Source of the DNA: Gracilinanus agilis
Lineage: Eukaryota
Assembly: GCF_016433145.1 (NCBI RefSeq)
Contig: NC_058135.1
Coordinates: 43,921,166 to 43,985,165, forward strand
DNA: 64,000 nucleotides
Reading direction: 5' to 3'
Shown: one piece after another, positions 11,351 to 23,210 of the stretch
Numbering within the stretch: position 1 is the first letter of the stretch
How the letters are laid out: the number at the start of each line of letters is the position of its first letter
Notes under the pieces: generated by a model
The model's database searches: none
Seen by the model: only the letters and a program-made list of their open reading frames with translations
Told to the model about the DNA's origin: nothing
Translations under genes and position numbers: made by a program

Positions 11351-13441
11351 AAGGGTGAAATTAAATGTCCCCAGAATATTCATTTATGATAAGCTACACA
11401 AAAGTCCTAGTTTCTCATTGACTGTAATTCATTTCTCATCCTTCATATGTAACTTGTGCATGATAGAATGGAGCTTTGCAGCTAAAGCTATACCACCTAT
11501 GTTACTCCACAATAATATTGCTTTTTTTTCCTTCTCTCATTTTATATCATGAGAGAGCTAATAACCATGCTATTCACAATTTTGCTTCATCTACCATGGG
11601 GCTGCTGTTACAGTGATGGAAATATTAGATTCTCTCCAGATTTAAAGTCTCAGAATTAATTTTGCTGATGGAAAGGGAGTATGTGAAGAGGGCCAGCCAT
11701 TCTCCAGAGAACATTGGGATCAAGGAACAGAGGATTGGGGTAAAGGTAGAGGGGACAGTATAGACATAATAAGAAAGCAATTATATTTGGTTTCCTGCTG
11801 AAATCTTATGTTGCTTTAAGAAAATAATGAAAACTTATGTTTCTAGATGTACCAACTCAGAATGCTTTTGGAGCATTCAGTTTTATTTTGGCAATAGGTA
11901 TCAAAATCATACCTAGAATAAAACAGCAAAAACTGTTCACCACATCCCATATAGAGTTGTGCCTGAAATACAGACACTTTGTAAACCTCATGAAAATAAT
12001 TTAAAAATAATCACAAGCATAATACTATGTAAATCTACCAGCTAACTGAAAAGCTACCTTGAATGTTCAGTAACTATATAAAGATTCATGCAATTGCAAA
12101 AGGCATAATTTGTATTCAAAATGAGACACTGTAGAATGTCTTTATTGAACTTGTAAAACTTGAAGTATTTGATTTGCAATGCTGTGCTGGTTCTTATTGC
12201 TATTGATTTTGATATAGGTACAGAAAAAGAACACATTTTCACTTGAAGTCCACATATTTAAAAAGATATATGTTATCGATCTCTTTTATTTTCCAAAGTA
12301 AAGTTAGGGAAAGAAACTACAAATACTATTTTTGAGGTTTTTTTTGTTTCATTGTTTTATTATATGTCTCAGGAACTATCTTTTTAACAGCTTTTCTTCA
12401 CAGATTTTTGGTACGCAATTTTTGGATGAAATCTAATTTTATGATAATCTGCAACTTCTGATTATATAATACAATAATACAATTCAATACAATACAATAA
12501 TACTATAATATTAATATTATAATACAATAAATACTAAGTTGCCAGGCAATCTAAAACAGTAGATATCATAAGTAGACAGATTTTTGTGTGCAAGTGTATG
12601 TATTTGAGATAGAATCTATTGTGTGTATATTAATTTGAATTTTTTGAAGTATGTTTGCTTTCTTTGAAAGCAATTGTCTGTGTTGTGAACGTTCAAAGGT
12701 TAAAAAGTTAGAGGAATGTTTAATGAGATAAGATGTACCACTTTGAAGTAAGCATAATGGGAATTCAATGGAGGCATTTAGGACCTTTTAAAACTTTGGG
12801 TCTTTTTGTAGTAATTGAGAAGCAAACATTGAAACAGGCATTAAACTATATACTTTGAATGGTAATAGGTAGAGAAAAATGTAACATAAGTAATCAGTTG
12901 TTTTTTTTTTCCTTAAAGATAGTTTGGGGACTGTTTTTGGACTTTTTGTAGTGACAGTAGACAAGCTCATTCTTATGGTTGACATATCGTGATCTAGGTC
13001 TGCTCACTAGATCCTGTTTTGAGAATTGGTCATAAATAGCTTCTCTGTTAGCTACATTTGAAACCTGTTGATGGATTAGTGTATTGTTTGGTTGCCAATC
13101 TGAGAAATTGAAGAATGGAAAAAAAAATTCACTTTCTTCTTTATAGAAGTTTTGGGTGATGATGGTATTGGTTAGGACAAAACCCCTATTATCGCCTTCA
13201 GTTGACAAATGAAAATGTGATTTTTTTTTTTTCTCCAAGAGAAATGGTTGGTTTTGTTTCCTTACTCCATTTCAGCTATTTTGTCTAAAATCACTCATTT
13301 ATTTTAAAATATTTGTCCATTCAGGACTGTTTTCCTCTTATTGTTTAAAGATTGTGTTGATGTATAACTGTTATATTTTGTGTTTGGAATTATAAGATCC
13401 TTTTTTATTTTTTATTTTTAATTTAACTCTTTGTTTTACAG

Positions 13442-13510
13442 ATGAGGGCAGGAGTGCAGTTGAGCATGCAGGTGGTGCCCAAATTGTAGTTGACCATCTA
13501 AGGTCACTGA
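13442..13510 (+). CDS. RAP1GDS1: RAP1GDS1 exon 5 (visible part only; remainder falls in N gap)
   Basis: Acceptor tttaactctttgttttacag|AT GAG GGC. Translates xEGRSAVEHAGGAQIVVDHLRSL, matching SmgGDS EGRSAVDQAGGAQIVIDHLRSL as recalled. Ns start at 13511. Confidence 0.93.
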
Positions 13511-13645
13511 NNNNNNNNNNNNNNNNNNNNNNNNNNNNNNNNNNNNNNNNNNNNNNNNNNNNNNNNNNNNNNNNNNNNNNNNNNNNNNNNNNNNNNNNNN
13601 NNNNNNNNNNNNNNNNNNNNNNNNNNNNNNNNNNNNNNNNNNNNN
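13511..13645. other. Assembly gap (135 N)
   Basis: Run of n characters in the sequence. Confidence 1.
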
Positions 13646-13916
13646 CATCCTTATTCAAATGAGAAGTCCAAACAAAATAATTTAAAAATGCAATCAGGAA
13701 TTCATAGACTACATTACAAAAATTTGAGACTTCTAGTAGAGATAAAATATTTCTAAAATGCAAAAATAACTTCATTAATTGGTACTGAGTTTTTTAAGGA
13801 TTACTTTATATTAATAGTCAGTGATGGAAAAAGAAATTCAGTGATCCTGATCTTTCTTTTATGCAAATTTACAAAATGAGTAATAAGTTTCATTTAAGAT
13901 GTAGAATTCGTAGATT

Positions 13917-14074
13917 TTGGTTTTTTGTTGTTGTTGTTTTGTTTTAAAACCTTACCTTCCGTCTTGGAGTCAATACCATGTATTGACTCCAAGGCAGAAT
14001 AGTGGTAAGAGCTAGGCAGTGGGAGTCAAGTGACTTGCCCAGGATCACACAGCTAGGAAGTGTCTAAGGCCAGA
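13917..14074 (-). mobile_element. 5'-truncated opossum-type SINE (SINE1-like) with 9-bp TSD
   Basis: T-rich tail then aaaaccttaccttcc; 3' hairpin; TSD TCGTAGATT at 13908-13916 and 14075-14083. Confidence 0.85.
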
Positions 14075-14509
14075 TCGTAGATTCCTATAGTTGGAAAGGA
14101 CATGAAAGATTATGGAGTTACCAAATTTCAAAAGTTCTTTCTTAATTTAGCATATTACTTTGATAAACAACTCTTAAACATATATATTCTATAACGGGAT
14201 AAAATTGTTGGTATTAGAGAACGATTCCAGTTAGGGATATAATCTGGTCATAGCAACTCTTGAAGAGTTAGTTCATTAGCTTTGTTAGTTGTGTTTTTCA
14301 GTAGAAGGGATGACCATGCCGATGAAATCACTGATTTTATTTGGATATTAGGGTAAAAAGAGGTAAAAATTTCAATTAAAAAATACAAGTAAACCTCATA
14401 AAGTTTATATTTTTTGAAATCCACATAGTTTGTTTGTTATATAGTTACTATATGTGTGTATACACATATATTTCCAACTTTTGTTTCTTTAAAAAAATTT
14501 TTTTTAATA

Positions 14510-15130
14510 ATCCATTTTTCACAGAATTGCTAAAGTAATTTTCTCAAAGCATAGGTTGGATCGTATCCCTTCAAATATAAGCTTTAATGACTCTTTATTA
14601 TCTCTAGAATTAAATATATACCCTTCTTTGTCAAGGAAACTCTTAGCCTGGCCTAGCTTCCTTACATGTTGCCCATCTACTCACCTATGTTCTAGCCATC
14701 TATTTCCAGGCTCCATATCTTTGTTTATGCTATCGGCCATGCCCTTCTACTCATCTCTGCTTCCAGGAGATTCACATCACATGTCATCTTCTGCAGTAGG
14801 CCTTTCTTGGCTCCCTCCGTGACTTTCCCATCCAAGGTTACTATGTGTCTGCCTATGTGTTTTATATATACATCTCTCTCTCTCTCTAAATCTCTATAGT
14901 ACTCTAGCCTATTTATAGCCATCTATCTAATCTATCTGTATTTGTATGTCTGTCCTATGTCTCTTTGTGTCTGTTCATCCATCCGTTTGTCCATCTGTCC
15001 ATCTATCTACATACAAGTTTTTGGGATATAAGCCCCGTTAAAGTTTTATTTCACTTTTGTCTTTATATCCTGAGCACCTAGCACAATACTTGGCACATTG
15101 GAGGTACTTAATAAATGCTTGAATGCTTAA
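14510..15130 (+). mobile_element. L2 3' fragment
   Basis: Ends gcacctagcacaatacttggcacattggaggtacttaataaatgcttgaatg, typical of an L2 3' terminus. Confidence 0.6.
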
Positions 15131-17513
15131 TCATCTATTTATCAAACATATGTGTAATAACATTGTCAATTAAATTGTTTTCTGAATTTTCTAATTAAGC
15201 AGTTTCAAATAGCTACAATATCTTTCTCCCTTCTAAAAGTACATTTTGCAAAATATTTTCCCAACAGCTTAAAAAGAAACGTTGCCAATTCTACAGTATG
15301 AGTGATAACATAAAAATGAAAATTTGTAGGTAACCCACAAAGATTCTCCCCACTCCTTCCAAATCTGGCAGGATAAGAATTAGCATTATTAACAAACTTT
15401 TCCTCCTTTTTCTCCTTCTACCTTGTATTTTGATGTTAAGGAAGAATCTTGATAATCAATAAAATGGACAGTCAATCCATGAATAATTGGAACCTGACCA
15501 CAAAATATATGGATCTGAAATGCAAATAAGAAACTAGCACTCAATTATTCAAGCTATTTCCACTTACTTTAAACTCCATTTGGAACTGTGCAGGTGGAGA
15601 AACAAGACAAGGGTTAATTTCCAAAATGAGGGAAAAAAGGAAATGAGCCCAAACAAAGATCATCTTAATAATTAATGCAATATTGGTGAAAACAAGTTTA
15701 TTCTGCATGAAGTTGTTTGTTCTGTAACTGAGTATCCTGTTTTGAAAATATGTAATAATTAATTTGGTCAACATTTTTAAAATGGCAGTAAGCTCTTCAC
15801 AGCTATTTGGAATATTTTCAGTGAAGATGACAATGAGAATATAATGTATAGATATGCACAAATCATAGCATGCCCATAAAACTGGTGGATAACTTCTAGA
15901 GGCCTTTTCATCAATGAAATAAAGATGGCACTCAAAAAGAAAAGAGCTGAGCACCAAATGGACAGTCAGGGACTTTATAAAGTACTTTATAAGTAGATCC
16001 AGCTTTTTCCAACATGGTAAATATTTTCTTGAAGCAATTTAAAACTAATTTGGAAGACTATATTTTACTTTTTTGGATCATATTTAAATTATAGTGTGAT
16101 CTGAAGGTTTTGATGCAGATGCCAAGTTCAGCTTTCAAAATTTTAAAAAAATGATTTAGAAAGAGTTTAATGTTAAATTTATTATCACAATAATCAAGTG
16201 CTTCAGGCCCATCTCCCCTCTTCTTTCTTCCATGTTTTTGTTCTCCATGCTTTTTGTATTTAGGGTAACAGCTTATGAGATAATGTTGACTCTTTACACT
16301 GCTTTTCAGCTTAATTTTTTTATATTACGTACAATCTTTATTGAACAGTTTTGCTCTAGTATCTACAATTTTATATAAGGGATCTGAAATAGCGATCTTC
16401 CAAATTAAATCTCTAGTCTTCCTTAGCAGTCATTAAACTGTGTCCCTAGAAGAGAGTTCTTTACCAATAAGACTCTTAGAAATCTCTCTTAGTTCTTCTT
16501 CAGGAAGTTTCTCTTTAAATCTACTCATTACTGCCTGCTAGTGCAAAAGATAGAAGGATAGAGCATTAATATTAAGCATTGCTTAATATGTATTTGGTAT
16601 GGTGGCTACTGATGTTGATAACATAGTCTCTGTTCTCAAGGAGCTTACATTCTAAGGGGAAGACCACATATAAAGGGGAGGTATTATGAATGTGGAGAAA
16701 TCAGAAGAATGAGTTAGGAAAAAAGTTCTTCTGGTGCTCCAGAAGAGAAGAGGCCTTGGGAAAGAGATTTCTCCATGGAGGAAAGGTGTAGTGGAGAATC
16801 TGGAGAGAAAGTCTAGCTTCTACATTTTTTAAGCAGAATATTTACATATTTGCTCATCCTAACATAGAAAATTAATTCTGCCCCAGACCTACTTGTAGCT
16901 AAGGGACTTCTAAGGAATTGTCATTCCCTATTGTTCTCTGTGGAACCAGTTAAATGCTTGGCATTGAAAGTATTAAAATGTCCAGAAGAGTCATCAATAT
17001 AAGCTTTTCTAAAGAAAGCACTTCTCTACTCTTTGGTTATCAGTCCCCTTAATGGATAAGCCCCAGATCACAGTTTAAGCCTACATTCTTAGTCTGGACA
17101 CTAGTTGACTTAATGATTTGGGAAATTCTAATGTCCAAATCTATAAAGTGAAACTTTATTATTAGTTCTCCAACCTACTTAAGAAGTAGGAAGTGAGAAT
17201 GATAATTAAAGGTGTGTTTTGAGACCTTTGAATCCTCTAAAAGTTTAAGTCTAAAGTAGAAATAGTAGTGTTAAAGTATTTGGTTTCCAACAGACTTTAA
17301 GACTCTTTCAAAATATTTACTTAACTGAATAGGGAATGTGTTCTAGTGACACCGTGCACCATGTGCCATCTTACACCTTATACAACAGTACATGCGTTCC
17401 TATAAATATAGCACCAATTGGCAGACACTGAAGTGGTTATTATATGTATAAGTTGTACATTTGTAAACTAAATCCTGCCTAATTGGAAAGTCGTTTAGAG
17501 GAATCCTGTAGGG

Positions 17514-17720
17514 CAGGGGTCAGCAACGTATGGCTCTTGAGCCATTTTTGGCTCTTTTGAGGGTCAGATATGGCTCTTTCTGCAGGAGCCATAAAGTCAA
17601 TTTTTTTTTCAGGCACTGTTACAGGAGCGGCACTGTGAGCACTGTACGGCTCTCACGAAATTACATTTTAAAAAATGTGGCGTTTATGGCTCTCACAGTA
17701 AAAAAGGTTGCTGACCCCTG
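17514..17720. mobile_element. Non-autonomous hAT element, family 2 (207 bp)
   Basis: Perfect 14-bp TIRs CAGGGGTCAGCAAC/GTTGCTGACCCCTG; TSD CTGTAGGG/CTATAGGG; internal repeated TGGCTC motifs. Confidence 0.92.
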
Positions 17721-17959
17721 CTATAGGGAATCCTCTCAACTAAATAGTTATCTCTAATTTCTCTTCGACATTTGTGTAGTAAATAATCTGATGATAAATA
17801 AGACAAAACCTGTGCCCTCAAGAAACTTAGAATTGATAGTCATGAAGTATTATATGTAATAGGCATATTGTAGATAATAATCTACATATGATAAATAGAA
17901 TATGATAGACCCATAACAGAAGTACAGTGTCCTGTAAGTTCAGATAAACAAAGGTTTTC

Positions 17960-18150
17960 ATATGTAATTGGTTCAGTGGATAGAATGCTGTTGGGAAGAC
18001 CCAAGTTCAGATCTTGCCTCAGACACTGCATGACTCTGGGCAAGTTACTTAACTACAGTTAACCTCTCAGCGTCAGTTACTTTCCTCATCTGTAAAGTGA
18101 GGAGTTGGACTCTGACCTCTAAGGTCCTTCTGAGCTTTAAATCTGTGAAT
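17960..18150 (+). mobile_element. MIR-type CORE-SINE
   Basis: gttcagatcttgcctcagacact...ctgggcaagttacttaac...tttcctcatctgtaaagtgaggagttggac. Confidence 0.7.
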
Positions 18151-21100
18151 CAAGTCAACAAGTATTAAATGTGCCAGGCACAGTGCTAATTACTGGCAAT
18201 ATTAGGGAAGGCAAATAAATGCCTCTGACCTCAAGGAGCTTACAATCTGATGAAGGAAACAACATGCAAATAAGTATATTCAAACAAGATATACACAAGA
18301 TAATTTGGAGATGTTGTCAAAAGGAGTAGTGTTGGGTTTTCTTAAAGCAAGATAGCTTTATAATTCATTTTGAAAAAAGTCATTTATTGACACTAAATTT
18401 CACAATAAAAACAAAGTCTTTTAAAAGAACCAACTAACTAAAAAGAAAAGAGTTTGGAAAAGTTCTATGAAACCTTCAAAAGGCCTTCAAAATTTATTTC
18501 AGCAAGGAGTTATTGAGCCCTATATTTATATTTAGCACTGCTAAATTCTGGGGCTCCAAAGATGAAAAAAAATAGTCCCTATCCTCAAGGAGCTTACACA
18601 TTCGATTGAGGAGATACAAACTGTATACTGATAAGGAAATACAAAGTAGTAAAAAAGAATAGGTAGGGAAAGTGCTATTGGGTGTGGGAGAATAGAGATT
18701 GATCATTTTGCCGGTACAGCTGGGAAGAATATCTATTGCTTTGTTATTCCATTTGAGGCATCAGTGCCAAAAGCCTTATTTATGATCACTTTCACTCTCA
18801 TCTCTTCCTTCATCGTCTTTTGACTGTGTATTTGTTCCCAAAACATTATAAGAAGACCGGAAAAATTAAGTTGGAAGGACTGGTTGTTACAGAAAGGGGT
18901 TGGAGAGTTGATTCTTTAAGATATCCACCACTTCTAAATTGTGATCCTCTAATCCATTTTTTACATACAATGCTGTCTTGCACAGAGTTGGTATTCAAAA
19001 TCATTGTCAATTGATTTTGTATTTTTGTATTTAACTTCTAAATCTCCACTTCAGAAATATCCTTTATGATAAGCAATATACATTCTTTTATATGTTTTAC
19101 TTTTTAAGTTCCTCCTCATCTTTTCTGCTCATAGATAGACGTGCTTTCTAGCTCTCTTCCTTTTTTCATACTTAGCTTATTACAATTACATGTACTAAGT
19201 TGTGTGTTCATTGATGTCTCTTAATTAGAACTTAAACTTAAAAGCTTTTTGTTATGGAGGTAAATCCAACTGTGGATTTGTCTTTTTTAAGGAGAAAATG
19301 TTCTGTTTACAAAGTATCATCTTGTTGGTAAATTTATGGATTTTTCTCATGTGCATGAAAAAAAAACTTTATGGTTAATAATGAAAACAATATTTTGTAG
19401 GTCAAAAAAGTAGCTTATATGGACACTTGCCGTAAATGCTTTTGATAACACTTTACTTTTGAAAGAGCATAAGTTCTTGTGTTTTCTGCTCTATCTAATA
19501 AAACTCCCAAATTAGAGACTACAGTTGTAAGTATAGCTCTTTTGATGGTGACGATGATAATACTTTTGAAGATAGAGAATTTGATGTCTGGGCCATTGTA
19601 AAATGTTATTTCATAGATAGGTTATGAATAGAAAAACTATCTTGAGCAGGTAAATAAACCTTTATGAATATTGAAAACCACACTTGCCTACTTATCAAAT
19701 ATACATGGCACTATGAATGACTGAGTTGTTCACTGAAATTTTTTCGTTTTGAATATTGTTTAAAATGAATAGGGCATTGGGTAGAACTTGGACTTATTTT
19801 GTTTGTTATATAGATGTATCATGCTTAGAGCTAGTTTACTCTTAAGAAGTTTGTGAAATAAAAAATGTACACATTTAATTATTTAAAACAGAGAGACTAG
19901 TAACATTAAGGATCCTCTGTAGTGTGAATGAATTTACAAAGGAAAGAAAATCTTTATATAAATAATCCCCTCAAATGAATTTTTGTAAGTCCTACTTTTA
20001 TATGGCATATGCCTTAGAATATATTAAGCTGACATCCTCTCTGTCTCTGTCTCTCTGTCTGTCTCTCTCTGGCTCCTTACCCCTTGTCTTCTTTTCCCCT
20101 TCCCATTCCTATCTCTTTCTGCCATGTCCACCGCCTCCCCTCTTCTTCTCCTCTTTTTCTCCCTCTAATATTGCCCATTTGTCTTTATTCTGTTAAAGGA
20201 ATAAGATGAACTTGGTTTTTTATGGAAAGTTTTCCAAATCTTCAAAGAAACTTCATAATTTGTTTTTCTTTGAATTCTTAACTCAGAGATACTAATAAAC
20301 TTCAAACATACCCATGGTCTAATTTAATTTTTTAAGTGAGCATTGTAAATATAGGTCTTTTCAGGAGTTAACAATGTCAAAGCTTGATAGTTGAATTTTT
20401 TTTTCCATGTACTATTAAAATGAAATATGTACTATTTAGTTTCAATCAATGGCTTATTTTGCATGCAAAACACATATAACACATATGTGTATGCTTTGTG
20501 GAAAGGGTTTCAAGACAGTTTATTTTAAATTAATTTTCAAAGTGTATGTAAATTAGCTTTCTATACAAACTTCTATGTATGGATAAAAAATGATGGTTAA
20601 AGGTAAAGCTAATGAGAAGGGTGCTTAGATACCTAACCACCAGTTTGTAGTAGCTATCCATTTTATTGTTAATCTCTGTTTCATCTTGTGCTTCTTAAAG
20701 TTTTTCTTTTCTCTTATTATTTTAGTTAAGGTATGCTGAATCTTTCTTAAACTTCCAAACTATGTGATTAGAATTCTTTGAGGTAACTAATAATTGCTCC
20801 TTTTTCTACATCTTTTGGGGAGACTTAAAAGTATGCCACCTATCCCGAGAAATGTTCTTCAAGAATGAACAAGTAATAACCTTGGAAGTTCTTATTAAAA
20901 TGCCCCCTTACTAATATTTATCTTTTCTGTTTTTCACCTCTGTGGTTCCATCACAGATGAAGTTTATGTTTATTTCTTTCATAAATATAATTAAGTATAT
21001 CCTAAAGTCAATATCCTATATATCTTTTTATTTTGATACACAATAAAGACAGCCAAAATTTTTTAATACCAAATTTGAATAGAAAACCATATTTTTTACA

Positions 21101-23145
21101 GTTAGTTAAATGAGTTATCACTAGTTCTTAGCTGATAACATGTTAATAATTTAAGCATATTGCCTATTAATAACCTTTACTTGGGTGGGTGAGATAAGCA
21201 TATATTTTGGCATTTCCAAACCATCTGTTCTTTTTTTGTAGCTGACCAGCATAACATCAAGTGTGCTGTGAAATACCTCTAACTCTTTACCTGGAGCTAT
21301 GATCTAGTCTAAATTAGCATGTTAAATTTAGAACTTAATTAAAAAAAAAGGGGGTTCTTCAACTTGGGATCTTCTCTCCAGATCCCCATTCTTTGGAGTT
21401 TCCATGAGTGTCACGTGAAGAACATGGAACCATTGAAATTCAAATGTAGGTAGGTAAGTGTTCACACCAGCGCATGTGTTGATTGCCTTCTTTCTTCCTG
21501 TATATGCATCTGTATTGCACCCCCTCAGTGCCTTCTCCCTTTTTCCTCCCCATAGATCATGTAGGGCCTGCGCCATTTTGACATTATGTAATTCTGTAAT
21601 ACTGTATTTTTGTCAGTATTTGTCTGTGGTGTGTGTCAGGAACAAGAACAAGTCTTAAGACTTTAATGACATTGTGCTGTCTGTTCAGAGACTGTCTTTC
21701 ACATACATAAAAAGTGTTTGTTATGTATGGGCCTGGGGTGCATTTTGTGAAATATTGTGTTTGTTGAGCTCTAGAATACATCCATCTTGAGTTCTCTGGC
21801 CAGCCATTACTGGCCCAAGAGCCTTTGCGTTGCTATGATTTTATTGGCTCATTTAGTTGTGTAGAGGAGAATTTGAACTGTTTCTGGTTCTAAAAAATTC
21901 TCCCTATCTTTGGCAAGGAAAGAGAGAAAAGAGAACCTTCTCTTCAGATGTTACAAAATATATATACATACATGTACATGTATATATATATATATGCATA
22001 TATATAGGTAAATAAGTTGAGGTAAATGAATTTTTTATTCAGACATGGTCCTTATAAAAGAAATCCTAGTTCTATAGGTGACAGCTGTTACCAGTTAGAC
22101 TTGCATTAATGTGTTCTCTTTGGACATTAGAAGAAAGTATTAAAGATTTATTTTTCTTATTGAATTAGAAGAGTCAGTGTATTTCTTGCACTTGGATGTG
22201 CACAGCAATTATTCTGATAAACTGCTTAATGGCAGTAGCATTCAATTGGAATTCAGGATAAAGATCTTATAGTAGAAATTTTTCTTAGACATGAAGAGTC
22301 CTGACTCAGATAAGCAAATGGAGATGTCCAGGTCATGGATGTCAGAATAATATATACAACATTGCTGTCTCCCCTGAAAGTGTTGAGCACCAGCACCAGT
22401 GGCCCCAATTTGCTTTTTATTTTCTTACTGTCATATTTGCTAGAAAGCTAATGAAGCTTTCAGATTTCTTTCCTATGATGTGCTTAATTTCTTCCATAAG
22501 AATTAGATAGTCTTTTAGAATGCCTGGGATTAAGCCTTACTGTAGGAAATTCTGTGTTCTTTTGCCCTCTGGGCCTTCATTATTTAAGGAGGAAGCTATC
22601 CTCTTTGCCCTGGACTTTTAGTCACATAGAATTGGGTTGTTTTAGATGGACAGAAATGAAAAAATAAAGCTGATCCCAAATAAATCTATCCAATTGGGTG
22701 ACTGCTTATTTTTCTATTTTACTTGTGTGTAGTATGTTTGTTGTATGTGAGAATATAACTACTCTGGTTCCCAGGAGGCTTCAAAGTACGTGTTTTCTAG
22801 CAACTAACTGATTTCAATGGATTGCAGCCAGTTATACTATTTTCCAGGTGGCTGTGTTAATTTTTTCTCCAGCCATAGCCTCAAGCATTGCTGCTTGAAC
22901 CTATTTGCAGCATTTTGGTTTTTCCTAATCCATTAGCCCATGTTTCCCCTGGGGACAAAATCTAATATTAATAGAGCAAGGAATCTATTTTGGCAATACC
23001 AGAGTAAGGTGAATCCTGACCATTGATATATGACATTTTCTTTCTGGATTATCTCCCCAAAGAACTTGCTCTCCCTGATTTTCCTGTAGAATACTGAAGT
23101 TTTACAGTTGGTGCCAACAGAACTGAGGGGGTATGCAATGCTCTT

Positions 23146-23210
23146 ACACACACCCACACCCACACCCACACACACCCACACCCACACCCACACACACCCA
23201 CACACACACA
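23146..23210. repeat. Compound (CA)n/(CACACC)n repeat
   Basis: acacacacccacacccacacccacacacacccacacccacacccacacacacccacacacacaca. Confidence 0.9.

Noticed and set aside
12504-12521. Perfect 18-bp palindrome TATAATATTAATATTATA
   Set aside because: AT-only and embedded in an AATAC-type low-complexity tract, so expected by slippage.
13155-13240. C-box-like GTGATGA suggesting a C/D snoRNA
   Set aside because: No D box (CTGA) or terminal stem at a suitable distance.
1-13441. Search for RAP1GDS1 exon 4 or earlier, or a nested protein-coding gene
   Set aside because: No SmgGDS N-terminal peptide or other recognisable protein in any listed frame. The ORFs here are short, low-complexity or repeat-derived.
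15541-15957. 138-aa minus-strand ORF
   Set aside because: TTG start, AT-rich codons, no recognisable homology.
16569-16589. 10-bp-arm palindrome atattaagca-t-tgcttaatat
   Set aside because: Short, AT-rich, lies at an L2-like 3' end; not distinctive.
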